A stretch of DNA of 34,289 nucleotides. Origin: Pseudomonadota bacterium (lineage in GTDB: Bacteria > Pseudomonadota > Gammaproteobacteria > Ga0077536). Below, piece after piece: positions 8,451 through 16,684 of this stretch. A program made the translations under genes and the position numbers. Position 1 is the first letter of the stretch; every line of letters starts with the position of its first letter. The notes below the pieces were generated by a model, which saw only the letters and a program-made list of their open reading frames with translations, searched no databases and was not told the DNA's origin. The DNA is taken from positions 1-34,289 of the forward strand of contig JBDLQR010000342.1 of NCBI GenBank assembly GCA_039800485.1. The letters are read 5' to 3'.

Positions 8451-9023
8451 ATGCTTTCAACCTTCGTCACGGGCGCGGTGCTCGCGGTGCTCGTGTTCTA
8501 CGTCATCGTGATTTACAACAATCTTGTGAGACTCAAACACAATGTCTCGCAGGCCTGGTCGAACATCGATGTCATCCTGCGCCAGCGCCACGAGGAGCTC
8601 CCCAAACTCGTGGAAACCTGCCGACAGTACATGCAGCATGAACGGGAAGTTCTCGAACGCGTGACCGAGGCCAGAGCTGCCGTCAGCACCGCCCGCACCG
8701 CCGGCAGCGTGGCCGCGCTTGGAACAGCGGAAACGGCCATGCGGGCAGGTCTTGCCAGTCTGTTCGCTGTTGCGGAGAACTACCCCGATCTGAAAGCCGA
8801 TCAGACTTTCCAGCATCTGCAGGCCCGTATCTCGCAGCTGGAGTCCCAGATCGCCGACCGCCGCGAGTACTACAACGATGCAGTGAACCTGAACAACATC
8901 CGCATTGAGCAGTTTCCCGACAATCTGCTGGCTGCCAGATTCGGGTTCGGGCCACGCGAGCTGCTGGCTTTCAGCGAGGCGGAAAAAGCGGATGTCGATC
9001 TCAAGGCCTTGTTTGGTCGCTGA
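8451..9023 (+). CDS. lemA: LemA family membrane protein
   Basis: N-terminal TM followed by YNNLVRLKHNVSQAWSNIDVILRQRHEELPKLVE and ENYPDLKADQTFQHLQ...YYNDAVNLNNIRIEQFP, a classic LemA pattern. GGAGG lies upstream of the ATG. Confidence 0.9.
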   Translation: MLSTFVTGAVLAVLVFYVIVIYNNLVRLKHNVSQAWSNIDVILRQRHEELPKLVETCRQYMQHEREVLERVTEARAAVSTARTAGSVAALGTAETAMRAGLASLFAVAENYPDLKADQTFQHLQARISQLESQIADRREYYNDAVNLNNIRIEQFPDNLLAARFGFGPRELLAFSEAEKADVDLKALFGR

Positions 9024-9037
9024 GCGGAGCGACCCTG

Positions 9038-10015
9038 GTGTGGCTGGAGACACTGGAAGCGGATCTCAGGGCAGCAGATCCGGCAGGCATACAGACTGTC
9101 ATCATCCTGCTGGCCGTGCTCGCGGCCACCATGGCCTGGATGGCGGCCCGCGTATTCTTCCGTACACGCCTCATCGAGGACACTGCGACCTCCACCACCC
9201 GAGGGGCGCATCAGGGCTATGGGGAATTCGAGGGTCGTGCGCGGGGCCGTGAAGACGCGCCAGTCACCGCGCCGCTCTCCGGCCTGCCCTGCTGCTGGTA
9301 TCGCTTCCGGGTGGAGGAGCTCCAGCACCATCGCGGCAGCAATGGGCTCTCCCGCACGCGCTGGCAGGTCATCCAGCGGGCCGAGAGCGATCAGACTTTC
9401 TGGCTGGAGGACTCTACCGGACGGGTAGCGGTCGATCCGGTCGGGGCCGAGATGCATCCTCGCCACCGGGACGTCTGGCAGTCCCGTTCCGTTCTTTCCG
9501 GGATAAACCGGTCCACGCCTTTCTTCAGTGATTTTTTTGCCCATCATCCGGGTAACAGGCGCTACCGCTTCACCGAGGAACGTATCAACCGGAATGACCC
9601 GCTTTATGCGCTTGGCTTTCTCAGCAACCTGGGCAGCCATGTGCCGCAGCCTGATGCGGACGACCACGCCGCCGAACTGCTGCGGGAGTGGAAATCAGAC
9701 CAGCCAGCGCTCATTGCCCGTTTCGATGCGGACCGGGATGGTCGGGTCAGCCTGGCCGAATGGGAAGAAGCCAGACGGGCGGCGCGCACACAGGCCGCGG
9801 CCGCGACTGCGGATGCCGCGGTGACGCAGGCTCCTGCGGAAGGTGTGAACCTGCTGGGCCGCCCGCCGGCGGGCGGACTTCCCTACATCGTTTCCGCATT
9901 CTCACAGGCGGAGTTGCTGCACAAAAAACGCCGGAGGCTGCTGGCTTTCGGGCTGTTGTTTTTCCTCGCTGGCGGCTTGGCGGCCTGGCTGTACCAGATC
10001 CGGTTCGGCGTCTGA
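9038..10015 (+). CDS. GIDE-domain-like membrane protein with one EF-hand loop
   Basis: GTG start 8 nt after GGAG. N-terminal TM, then LIEDTATSTTRGAHQGYGEFEGRA...PLSGLPCCWYRFRVEE (GIDE-like core). Canonical EF-hand loop DADRDGRVSLAE at 9725..9760. C-terminal TM LLAFGLLFFLAGGLAAWLY. Confidence 0.65.
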   Translation: MWLETLEADLRAADPAGIQTVIILLAVLAATMAWMAARVFFRTRLIEDTATSTTRGAHQGYGEFEGRARGREDAPVTAPLSGLPCCWYRFRVEELQHHRGSNGLSRTRWQVIQRAESDQTFWLEDSTGRVAVDPVGAEMHPRHRDVWQSRSVLSGINRSTPFFSDFFAHHPGNRRYRFTEERINRNDPLYALGFLSNLGSHVPQPDADDHAAELLREWKSDQPALIARFDADRDGRVSLAEWEEARRAARTQAAAATADAAVTQAPAEGVNLLGRPPAGGLPYIVSAFSQAELLHKKRRRLLAFGLLFFLAGGLAAWLYQIRFGV

Positions 10016-10105
10016 TTGTGGCGCCACGCCGCCTGCTCTCGTGCCCGTTGGGTGCTTGCATCACACCTGCTACCCTGCGGCAGTCTTCAAGCCAGCGGGG
10101 ATCCG

Positions 10106-11851
10106 ATGTCAGTCAAACATTTCGTCAAGTACGAACCTCAGGAAAAGCCCCCTCACGCGCTGGCTGCCGGTCTGGGGGCGCAGATAGTCGTCCTCATCGT
10201 GACGGGCGTCATGGTCACTCCTTTGGTCGTGGCCCGCTCTGCCGGTCTTGATGCCGCGAGTTCCGCCTGGCTCGTCTTCGCAGCGCTTATCGCGGCAGGA
10301 CTCTCCACCTGGCTGCAGATCAGCCGTATTGGCATCATCGGGGGCGGCTTCGTTCTCTTCGTGGGCTCGAACGTAGCTTTCGTGTCGGTCTCCGTGAGCG
10401 CGATAGGCGCAGGCGGCTTGCCGCTCCTGGCAACCCTCGTTTGCGCGGCGTCACTTGCCACCTTCGTGTTCACGGCCAAGATGGGCGCCCTGCGCCGCGT
10501 GCTGACGCCTGCAGTGGGCGGTACGGTACTCATGCTGATGGCGCTCAGCGTGGCGCCCGTGGTGTGGAACATGTTCAAGAAAGTGCCACCTGAATTTGCA
10601 GGCACCCATGTTCCCGGGATTATTCTCCTCTCCACCCTTCTGCCCATCGTGGTGGTGTCGCTGTTCGCCCGGGACATGCTGCGCCTGTGGGCGCCGCTGA
10701 TGGGTGTAGTGGTGGGCTCGACCGTCGCTTATCAGTATGGCCTCGTGGATCTCGCGCCCATTGCCGCTGCGCCCTGGATAGGTCTTCCCCTGGGTGAATG
10801 GCCCGGGCTCTCGCTGACCCTGGACGCGAAATTCTGGGCTTTGCTGCCGGCCTTTATACTGATCACGATGGTGGGATGTATCGAGACTTATGCCGACGGT
10901 CTGGCAGTTCAACGCACGTCATTCCGTGAACCTCGTCCTATAGACTTCCGCTCCGTACAGGGGGCGATCAATGCCGATGGCGTTGGCAGCTTCATCGCCG
11001 GACTGCTGGGCACGGTACCCAACACGGTGTATTCCATGAGCGTAGGCATCATGGAACTCACCAGAGTGGCTGCTCGTCGGGTAGGGGTGTGGGGTGGCTT
11101 GTTCCTGATTCTGCTCGCCTTTTCACCCAAGATCGGCGCACTGGTCGCCGCTCTGCCGAGCCCGGTTGCCGGTGGATATCTGTTGATGGTGCTCGTGTTG
11201 CTGTTTGGTCACGGCGTACGCATGGTGACCGAAGAGCCTCTGAGCTTCGAAGCCGGGGTGGCGGTATGTCTTGGTTTCTGGGTGGGTGTAGGCTTCCAGG
11301 GCGGATTTCTCTTCAACGAGCTGATGCCCGACTGGGCCAAGCTGTTTCTCTCCAACGGCACGACTTCTGGTGGCCTCACCGCCATCATCCTGATGGGCTT
11401 CATCTCGCTGAAGACGCGAACGCGCGACAAGCTGAGCGTACCGCTGGAGATGGGTGCCCTCACGCAACTGAAAACCCTGGTGCAGGGCTTCTGCACGCGC
11501 CTCGGCTGGGACGAGCAGGCCGCCAATCGCCTGATGCTCGTGGCAGAAGAATCCCTGCTTTTCCTGCTCGAGAACCAGTCGAAAGGCGGGGATGCCGCCG
11601 CAAGTGCGAAAACGCAATTGCACGTCCGCATCAGAGAGGTCGAGCACGAGGCGGAGCTCGAGTACATCTCCGCGCCGGCAAGCGTGAACGTGGAGGCCGC
11701 GTTGATTTCGGTGCCGGCGGAGAGCGAGCACGAGGCGTCGCTGGAGGAAGAATTGTCACTGCGGCTGCTGCGCGGAATGACGCGGGAACTGAAGCATCTC
11801 CAGTACCACGGTACGGATTATCTGCTGATGCGGGTGGACAGCAGCGCCTGA
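10106..11851 (+). CDS. NCS2 (xanthine/uracil/vitamin C permease) family transporter with soluble C-terminal extension
   Basis: Start refined to ATG at 10106 (MSVKHF...). NCS2-like motifs GLGAQIVVLIVTGVMVTPLVV, CIETYADGLAV and INADGVGSFIAGLLGTVPNTVYSMSVGIMELTRVAARRVG. The last roughly 145 aa have no TM segments. Confidence 0.85.
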   Translation: MSVKHFVKYEPQEKPPHALAAGLGAQIVVLIVTGVMVTPLVVARSAGLDAASSAWLVFAALIAAGLSTWLQISRIGIIGGGFVLFVGSNVAFVSVSVSAIGAGGLPLLATLVCAASLATFVFTAKMGALRRVLTPAVGGTVLMLMALSVAPVVWNMFKKVPPEFAGTHVPGIILLSTLLPIVVVSLFARDMLRLWAPLMGVVVGSTVAYQYGLVDLAPIAAAPWIGLPLGEWPGLSLTLDAKFWALLPAFILITMVGCIETYADGLAVQRTSFREPRPIDFRSVQGAINADGVGSFIAGLLGTVPNTVYSMSVGIMELTRVAARRVGVWGGLFLILLAFSPKIGALVAALPSPVAGGYLLMVLVLLFGHGVRMVTEEPLSFEAGVAVCLGFWVGVGFQGGFLFNELMPDWAKLFLSNGTTSGGLTAIILMGFISLKTRTRDKLSVPLEMGALTQLKTLVQGFCTRLGWDEQAANRLMLVAEESLLFLLENQSKGGDAAASAKTQLHVRIREVEHEAELEYISAPASVNVEAALISVPAESEHEASLEEELSLRLLRGMTRELKHLQYHGTDYLLMRVDSSA

Positions 11852-11853
11852 AG

Positions 11854-12744
11854 TCAGGTGGGCACGGTCAGGCCGTGTACTTCACAGAGCCGCTTGATGA
11901 GGGTCGCGATACCTTCCGGATCCTCTTCATGCGCAAGATGCCCCAGACCCTTCAGGCGATGGACTGCCACACCCTGCATGAGGGTGGCTACCTCCTCAGC
12001 CTGGCGTGGTAGCACTGCAAGATCCTTTTCGCCCACCACCAGCTCCAGCGGAGAACGAAGACGGGGCAGGTCGCGCACGAATTGCGTGAGATCCCAGTGC
12101 GCCATCATGTCGAGGGTCGCCGCCACGTGCGGAGGATGCGACGCAAGTTTTTGATAGAGCGCGACGCCCTCCGCATCGAGGCGTGAGCCCGTGCCGGCGA
12201 TGAGGCGCTCGATTGCCCTGGGATCAGTCGCACGCCAGGCACAGAGTCTGGGAATCAAGCCACTGGCGGCGGTGATTTTTGCCAGTGGTGAAAAAAACAT
12301 TCCGCGCAGTCCGGGCAGCGGCAACAACGCCCCATTGAGTGCAATGACCACAGCGGGACTGTGTTCGTGCCACAGGCTCATCGCAACCAGAATGGCGGCT
12401 CCGGCGGAGTGTCCAACCGCCACTGCCGGTTTTATTTCCAGCGCCTGCAGCAGGCCAGCCAGTGAAGATGCCATGCCGGGCAGGGACATGGCGGCTGCAC
12501 TCGCGGGCCGCGAAGACAAGCCATGTCCTGGCAGATCCACGGCCACCACCATGAAATCTTGCGCCAACAATGGAAGCAGTCTGCGCCAGGAATGGGTAGA
12601 AGCGCCGGCGCCATGAACCAATAGCATCACCGGCCCTTGGCCTGAGGTCTGCACGTGCCAGCGTACTCCAGCGGCGGGCACGATGCGGCTGGGCGCGGCG
12701 TGCGGCCACGGCAGAGGGTCGCGTCGCCAGACGCCCGAGGCCAT
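11854..12744 (-). CDS. bchO: alpha/beta hydrolase, BchO-type magnesium chelatase accessory protein
   Basis: Start refined to ATG at 12744, 5 nt after the puhE stop. VMLLVHGAGASTHSWRRLLPLLAQDFMVVAVDLPGHGLS, nucleophile elbow GHSAGAA, and C-terminal MMAHWDL...GLGHLAHEEDP, all typical of BchO. Confidence 0.8.
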   Translation of the reverse strand: MASGVWRRDPLPWPHAAPSRIVPAAGVRWHVQTSGQGPVMLLVHGAGASTHSWRRLLPLLAQDFMVVAVDLPGHGLSSRPASAAAMSLPGMASSLAGLLQALEIKPAVAVGHSAGAAILVAMSLWHEHSPAVVIALNGALLPLPGLRGMFFSPLAKITAASGLIPRLCAWRATDPRAIERLIAGTGSRLDAEGVALYQKLASHPPHVAATLDMMAHWDLTQFVRDLPRLRSPLELVVGEKDLAVLPRQAEEVATLMQGVAVHRLKGLGHLAHEEDPEGIATLIKRLCEVHGLTVPT

Positions 12745-12749
12745 CGGAG

Positions 12750-13667
12750 TCAGAGTCCGGGCCGCTCCGGCGCGGATGGCGCGAGATCCCGGTGCAAAGC
12801 CTCTGCCAGCAGCAGAGGCGGGCCCACCACGGGCGCCGGCGTGACGCGATTGGCGCGGGCTCGCCGCGAAACACCCGGGTTCTCTCTGTTGGTACCTGGT
12901 CGCAGGCGCGATCGCAAGCCCAATGACCAGAGAGCATCCACCGGGAAAGGCATCACCATGCACCAATGTTCCAGCACCGCCAGGAACAGCAAGGAAGCCA
13001 CCAGCATTGCGCCGGTAAAGCCAAAGGGATCAGCGTTGGCTGACGGCATCAGGACAAGAATCGCTGTCAGCACGATCGTTGCTCCTGTCACCGCCACCGG
13101 AAAGAACAGGTTCATCGGTGCGCGCCTGAAATAGGTCTCCAGGTATCGAAGGTGTTCTGGCAGGAAGGCCTCGGAAAGATTTCTGACGCCGAGGAATACA
13201 TTGATCTTGGCACTGGTCCGCATCACCCAGAGTACGAGATAAGTCCAGAGTCCAACCCTGTTTGCCGCCTGCCAGGTCAAGGTCAGCACCAGCAGCGCGC
13301 CCCCGGCCAAGGCAATCTCGTGGTAGAGCAGGGTGCCCACCGCCGCCCTGAAACGCGGCCAGCCGCGCGCGCTTTCATCACAGCGCATTTTTCTCGGGCC
13401 TGTGATGAATCCCATCAGGAAGCTCATCTCGAGCCAACCCCACAGCACGAGCGCGCACCCGAACGCGGCATACGCGGCATGGGTCTCATGGCTGTCGGCC
13501 GAAAGGACGAGTCCGGCAAGCGCACCCAGCATCACAATCGTTGCCTGGCGCATGCTGCGCCCGAACGTGGCACGCGGGAGCCCGTCCAGGTGCAGGATGA
13601 GGGCCGTGCCGGCCCACCATGACAGGACTACGGACAGAACCGGCAACAGATAGCTCAGCATGAGCAA
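12750..13667 (-). CDS. puhE: photosynthetic complex assembly protein PuhE
   Basis: Polytopic membrane protein in the conserved position beside acsF. N-terminus LSYLLPVLSVVLSWWAGTALILHLDGLP. The track start is TTG at 13667, with ATG at 13661 two codons later. AGGAG lies upstream. Confidence 0.85.
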   Translation of the reverse strand: MLMLSYLLPVLSVVLSWWAGTALILHLDGLPRATFGRSMRQATIVMLGALAGLVLSADSHETHAAYAAFGCALVLWGWLEMSFLMGFITGPRKMRCDESARGWPRFRAAVGTLLYHEIALAGGALLVLTLTWQAANRVGLWTYLVLWVMRTSAKINVFLGVRNLSEAFLPEHLRYLETYFRRAPMNLFFPVAVTGATIVLTAILVLMPSANADPFGFTGAMLVASLLFLAVLEHWCMVMPFPVDALWSLGLRSRLRPGTNRENPGVSRRARANRVTPAPVVGPPLLLAEALHRDLAPSAPERPGL

Positions 13668-13680
13668 GGATGCTCCTGCC

Positions 13681-14745
13681 TCACCATGAGGGAGCCAGTC
13701 TTACCTGGCGCGGCAGCTCATGATGGCGCACCGGGATGCAGTACAGGTGGACGAAAGTCGCGACGCCTTTCAGCCCCAGCCATCCCCGACGCAAGGCGCC
13801 AAGGATTCCGCCCCGTTTTTTTGCGGCGCCAAAAGCGCGGGAAATGACGAGCAATCGCTCGAGGTCCGCGCGGAAAGCCGGATTGTCCGTATCCACCGTG
13901 AAAGGGAATACCTGGCGAGTGATCTCCGAGGTGATATCGAAGACTTTGTAATCATAGGTGGTCGCATCCATCCCCAGAGCCTTGTAGATCTCAGGCCGGG
14001 TGTGATCACGCACGTACATCGTGGCGTACACCGCCAGCACGAAGAACTTGATCCAGAGCTTGTTGAGGCCCGAGAGCAGGCCCGGGTTCGCCCGCATGAT
14101 CAGCGCGAATGCTTCGCCATGACGGAATTCGTCATTGCACCACTGTTCGAACCAGCGAAAGATGGGGTGGAAGCGTCGTTCCGGATGACGCTCGAACTGG
14201 CGGAATATCGTGATGTACCGCGCATAGCCGATCTTCTCGGAAAGGTAAGTGGCGTAGTAGATGAACTTGGGCTTGAAGTAGGTGTATTTCTTCTGCTTCG
14301 CGAGCTGATTGAGATCGATGGCCCGCCCGTAATCCTTGAGTGCCTGGTTGATGAACCCTGCGTGCCGGGCCTCGTCCCGGCTCATGAACGAAAACAATTC
14401 GCGTATTTCCGGGTTCTTGATGGCTTTCCTGATCTCCGCGTAGAGGATGCAGCCCGAGTACTCGGAAGTGCAGGAGCTGACCATGAAATCGATCAGCTCA
14501 TCATGGAGCGCTGGCGGCAGCTCCTTGATCTCCTGCAGAAAGGATTCATCCCGCGCAAAGTGATTACGGTTACCGTCGCGCCGGAACTCATCCATCATCG
14601 CTTCCCACTCCTGACGGACCGGACTGATGTCGAGGGCGTCGATGGCCTTCAAATCCGTGGTGTAGAAGCGGGGCGAGAGCATGTCCTCTTGCTGGGCCTT
14701 GAGGGTGGAATCCACGCTGATCCCTGCGGTTGGTGCTCGGCTCAT
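13681..14745 (-). CDS. acsF: aerobic Mg-protoporphyrin IX monomethyl ester oxidative cyclase
   Basis: [17 protein letters not shown], di-iron carboxylate motifs ([32 protein letters not shown]). Start refined to ATG at 14745 with AGGAGA 8 nt upstream; the track start at 14778 is GTG. Confidence 0.95.
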   Translation of the reverse strand: MSRAPTAGISVDSTLKAQQEDMLSPRFYTTDLKAIDALDISPVRQEWEAMMDEFRRDGNRNHFARDESFLQEIKELPPALHDELIDFMVSSCTSEYSGCILYAEIRKAIKNPEIRELFSFMSRDEARHAGFINQALKDYGRAIDLNQLAKQKKYTYFKPKFIYYATYLSEKIGYARYITIFRQFERHPERRFHPIFRWFEQWCNDEFRHGEAFALIMRANPGLLSGLNKLWIKFFVLAVYATMYVRDHTRPEIYKALGMDATTYDYKVFDITSEITRQVFPFTVDTDNPAFRADLERLLVISRAFGAAKKRGGILGALRRGWLGLKGVATFVHLYCIPVRHHELPRQVRLAPSW

Positions 14746-14778
14746 GAAATTTCTCCTGGGTGTTCCCGTCCGCTGCAC

Positions 14779-15255
14779 TCAGGCATCGGGTGAGGGATGA
14801 ATGAGGGCGCGGAATTCAGCGAGATTGGTCGGGCCGAAGGATTCCAGCGGTATACGTCGACCAGTGGCAGGGTCTGCCAGCTCCAGCCGGCCATCGCGCC
14901 ACTGCGTAAGCTGAAACACTGCCTCGGAGCCGACGCCGCGCGCGCGACGGTCACGCGCCAGGCCCCGCATGACACCACGAATGAAATTGTGGGTGCCCGG
15001 CGCGAGCACGATTCGCCGTTCGAGTTGCGCACCCGGGAAGGTCACCACCACGGCACCATCAGATCGGTCGTGGAATACCAGTTGGTGGGTGGAAAGTGGT
15101 GAATCCTGCACAGACCGCAGCGTCGGCTCAGTGCGTGATGCAATGAGCGTGGCCAGCAACACGAACAGCACCAAGGCTATTGCAGCCGGCAGGGCGCCAC
15201 GCGGACCCCGGCGCGCAGGCGCGAGGAACGCAGTGTGGGGCGTGCTTTTGCTCAT
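14779..15255 (-). CDS. puhC: photosynthetic complex assembly protein PuhC
   Basis: Start refined to ATG at 15255 (ATGA overlap with the puhB stop). Single N-terminal TM ALPAAIALVLFVLLATLIA, then a soluble domain. Conserved position after puhB. Confidence 0.85.
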   Translation of the reverse strand: MSKSTPHTAFLAPARRGPRGALPAAIALVLFVLLATLIASRTEPTLRSVQDSPLSTHQLVFHDRSDGAVVVTFPGAQLERRIVLAPGTHNFIRGVMRGLARDRRARGVGSEAVFQLTQWRDGRLELADPATGRRIPLESFGPTNLAEFRALIHPSPDA

Positions 15256-15875
15256 GGAGCGGAGGATGCCCACTCTGACGCAGTTCCAGAAGTCTCGACC
15301 GTACTGCCTACGGCCGCTTGGCGCAGGAGATCAGCGACCCGCCCGGGCTCGGCGATGGCGCGCAAGGTGGGCTGGGCGCACGCGAAATGCCAGGGCCTGA
15401 CATGGGGCCAGAACACCAGATAACTGATACGTGAGTCTGCACCGAGCGTCAGCGCGAGATCTCCGGTGCGATCCCCGTGCTCACGCAGGTCGGCTGCTTC
15501 CAGCCGCGAGAAGGGAATGTTCACCGTCATGGGAATGGCCACGCCAAACCGCATCACCAATCGTCGATTGGTCAAGGTGTAGAGCGTGCTGCGCGCGTTG
15601 AGCCAGGCCAGCAGCTGAAGTATGCCGAGACCGATGACAGCGCCAAGCAGGGTCGGTGCGAGCGCTGCGAGCCATTGGCTGCCCTGTGCGCCGCTTGCCC
15701 CGGCAGAAAACCCATGCCAGACAAGCAACGCGGCAAAGTAAAGGCTGACACCTCGCACATGGAAGGCATGGCGCGCCAGCGCCCGTCTGACCGGGGCACC
15801 TTGCCAGAGAATCCGCTCTCCCTGTGGAAGGACGGCAGGCAGGCCCGGGACAGGCTCGAACTCATGCTCATTCAC
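15252..15875 (-). CDS. puhB: photosynthetic complex assembly protein PuhB
   Basis: EFEPVPGLPAVLPQGERILWQGAP N-terminus, two TM segments and a bPH-like C-terminal part. GTG start forms a GTGA overlap with the puhA stop. Confidence 0.85.
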   Translation of the reverse strand: MNEHEFEPVPGLPAVLPQGERILWQGAPVRRALARHAFHVRGVSLYFAALLVWHGFSAGASGAQGSQWLAALAPTLLGAVIGLGILQLLAWLNARSTLYTLTNRRLVMRFGVAIPMTVNIPFSRLEAADLREHGDRTGDLALTLGADSRISYLVFWPHVRPWHFACAQPTLRAIAEPGRVADLLRQAAVGSTVETSGTASEWASSAP

Positions 15876-16654
15876 AGCAGCGGCCCCATGCGCTCTGGCG
15901 TCGCATACAGGTAGCCACCCGCAAAGTAGGCGACGAGCTTGTCCTCCTCGAGGAAAGTGACCTGGTCGGGATTGCGCAGGGCAGGTACCGTCGAGAAGTG
16001 CCTGGCAAGCACCGAGACGACGGTCACATCACGCCGTGACGGACTGACCTTGGCGTAGTTCATGGGCAGCAGGACATGCTTGCTTTCCCCGGCGACCGCA
16101 ACTTCCAGATACCGGATGACGTATTCCGCCCGGTCTATCCAGATGTCCGTCACCTCACCGGCAACCTTGCCATCAGCAGCCACCACCGGCATGCCACGGG
16201 GATCCGGATCTCCGCCTGCGACATGGAAGTCGGTTGCCACGCGCAGCGGCACGATCTTCGGCGCGCCGTCCACCGTGAGATCGGGCGTGTCGTGACGCGG
16301 CGCCCAGGCCGCAGGCCCTACACCATCGAGCATGGGGTCGCCGGTCGGTTCCAGCGGTGCACCTGGCCACGGGGCAACCGGTTTTGCGCGGAGCATGGGC
16401 TCAGCGCGCGGTGCAGGCGCCAGCACCTCGCCACCATGAGGCAGGCGGAAGGTCTTGGGCGCCGGCAGGTTGGGATAACCCTGCTTGATACCCTGGCTGC
16501 CCGGGTCGGAGGGATCGGTCTCCAGCGGATAGCCCTCACGCTTGTCTTCCTGGCGCAGGTAGTAGATCAACGCAAAAAAGAATATCCAGAACGCGTACAG
16601 CACCAGCTGTGCCACATCTATGTAACCCGTAATTGCACCTGTGGTGGTCGTCAT
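15872..16654 (-). CDS. puhA: photosynthetic reaction centre H subunit
   Basis: YIDVAQLVLYAFWIFFFALIYYLRQEDKREGYPLE is the hallmark RC-H N-terminus. PRC-barrel-like C-terminal half. GGAGAAG RBS before the ATG at 16654. Confidence 0.95.
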   Translation of the reverse strand: MTTTTGAITGYIDVAQLVLYAFWIFFFALIYYLRQEDKREGYPLETDPSDPGSQGIKQGYPNLPAPKTFRLPHGGEVLAPAPRAEPMLRAKPVAPWPGAPLEPTGDPMLDGVGPAAWAPRHDTPDLTVDGAPKIVPLRVATDFHVAGGDPDPRGMPVVAADGKVAGEVTDIWIDRAEYVIRYLEVAVAGESKHVLLPMNYAKVSPSRRDVTVVSVLARHFSTVPALRNPDQVTFLEEDKLVAYFAGGYLYATPERMGPLL

Positions 16655-16684
16655 GGCAGCTTCTCCATCAGCGATCTGGACTTG

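Noticed and set aside
13720-14793. 357-aa plus-strand ORF
   Set aside because: It is antisense to acsF, whose di-iron motifs and RBS are clear.
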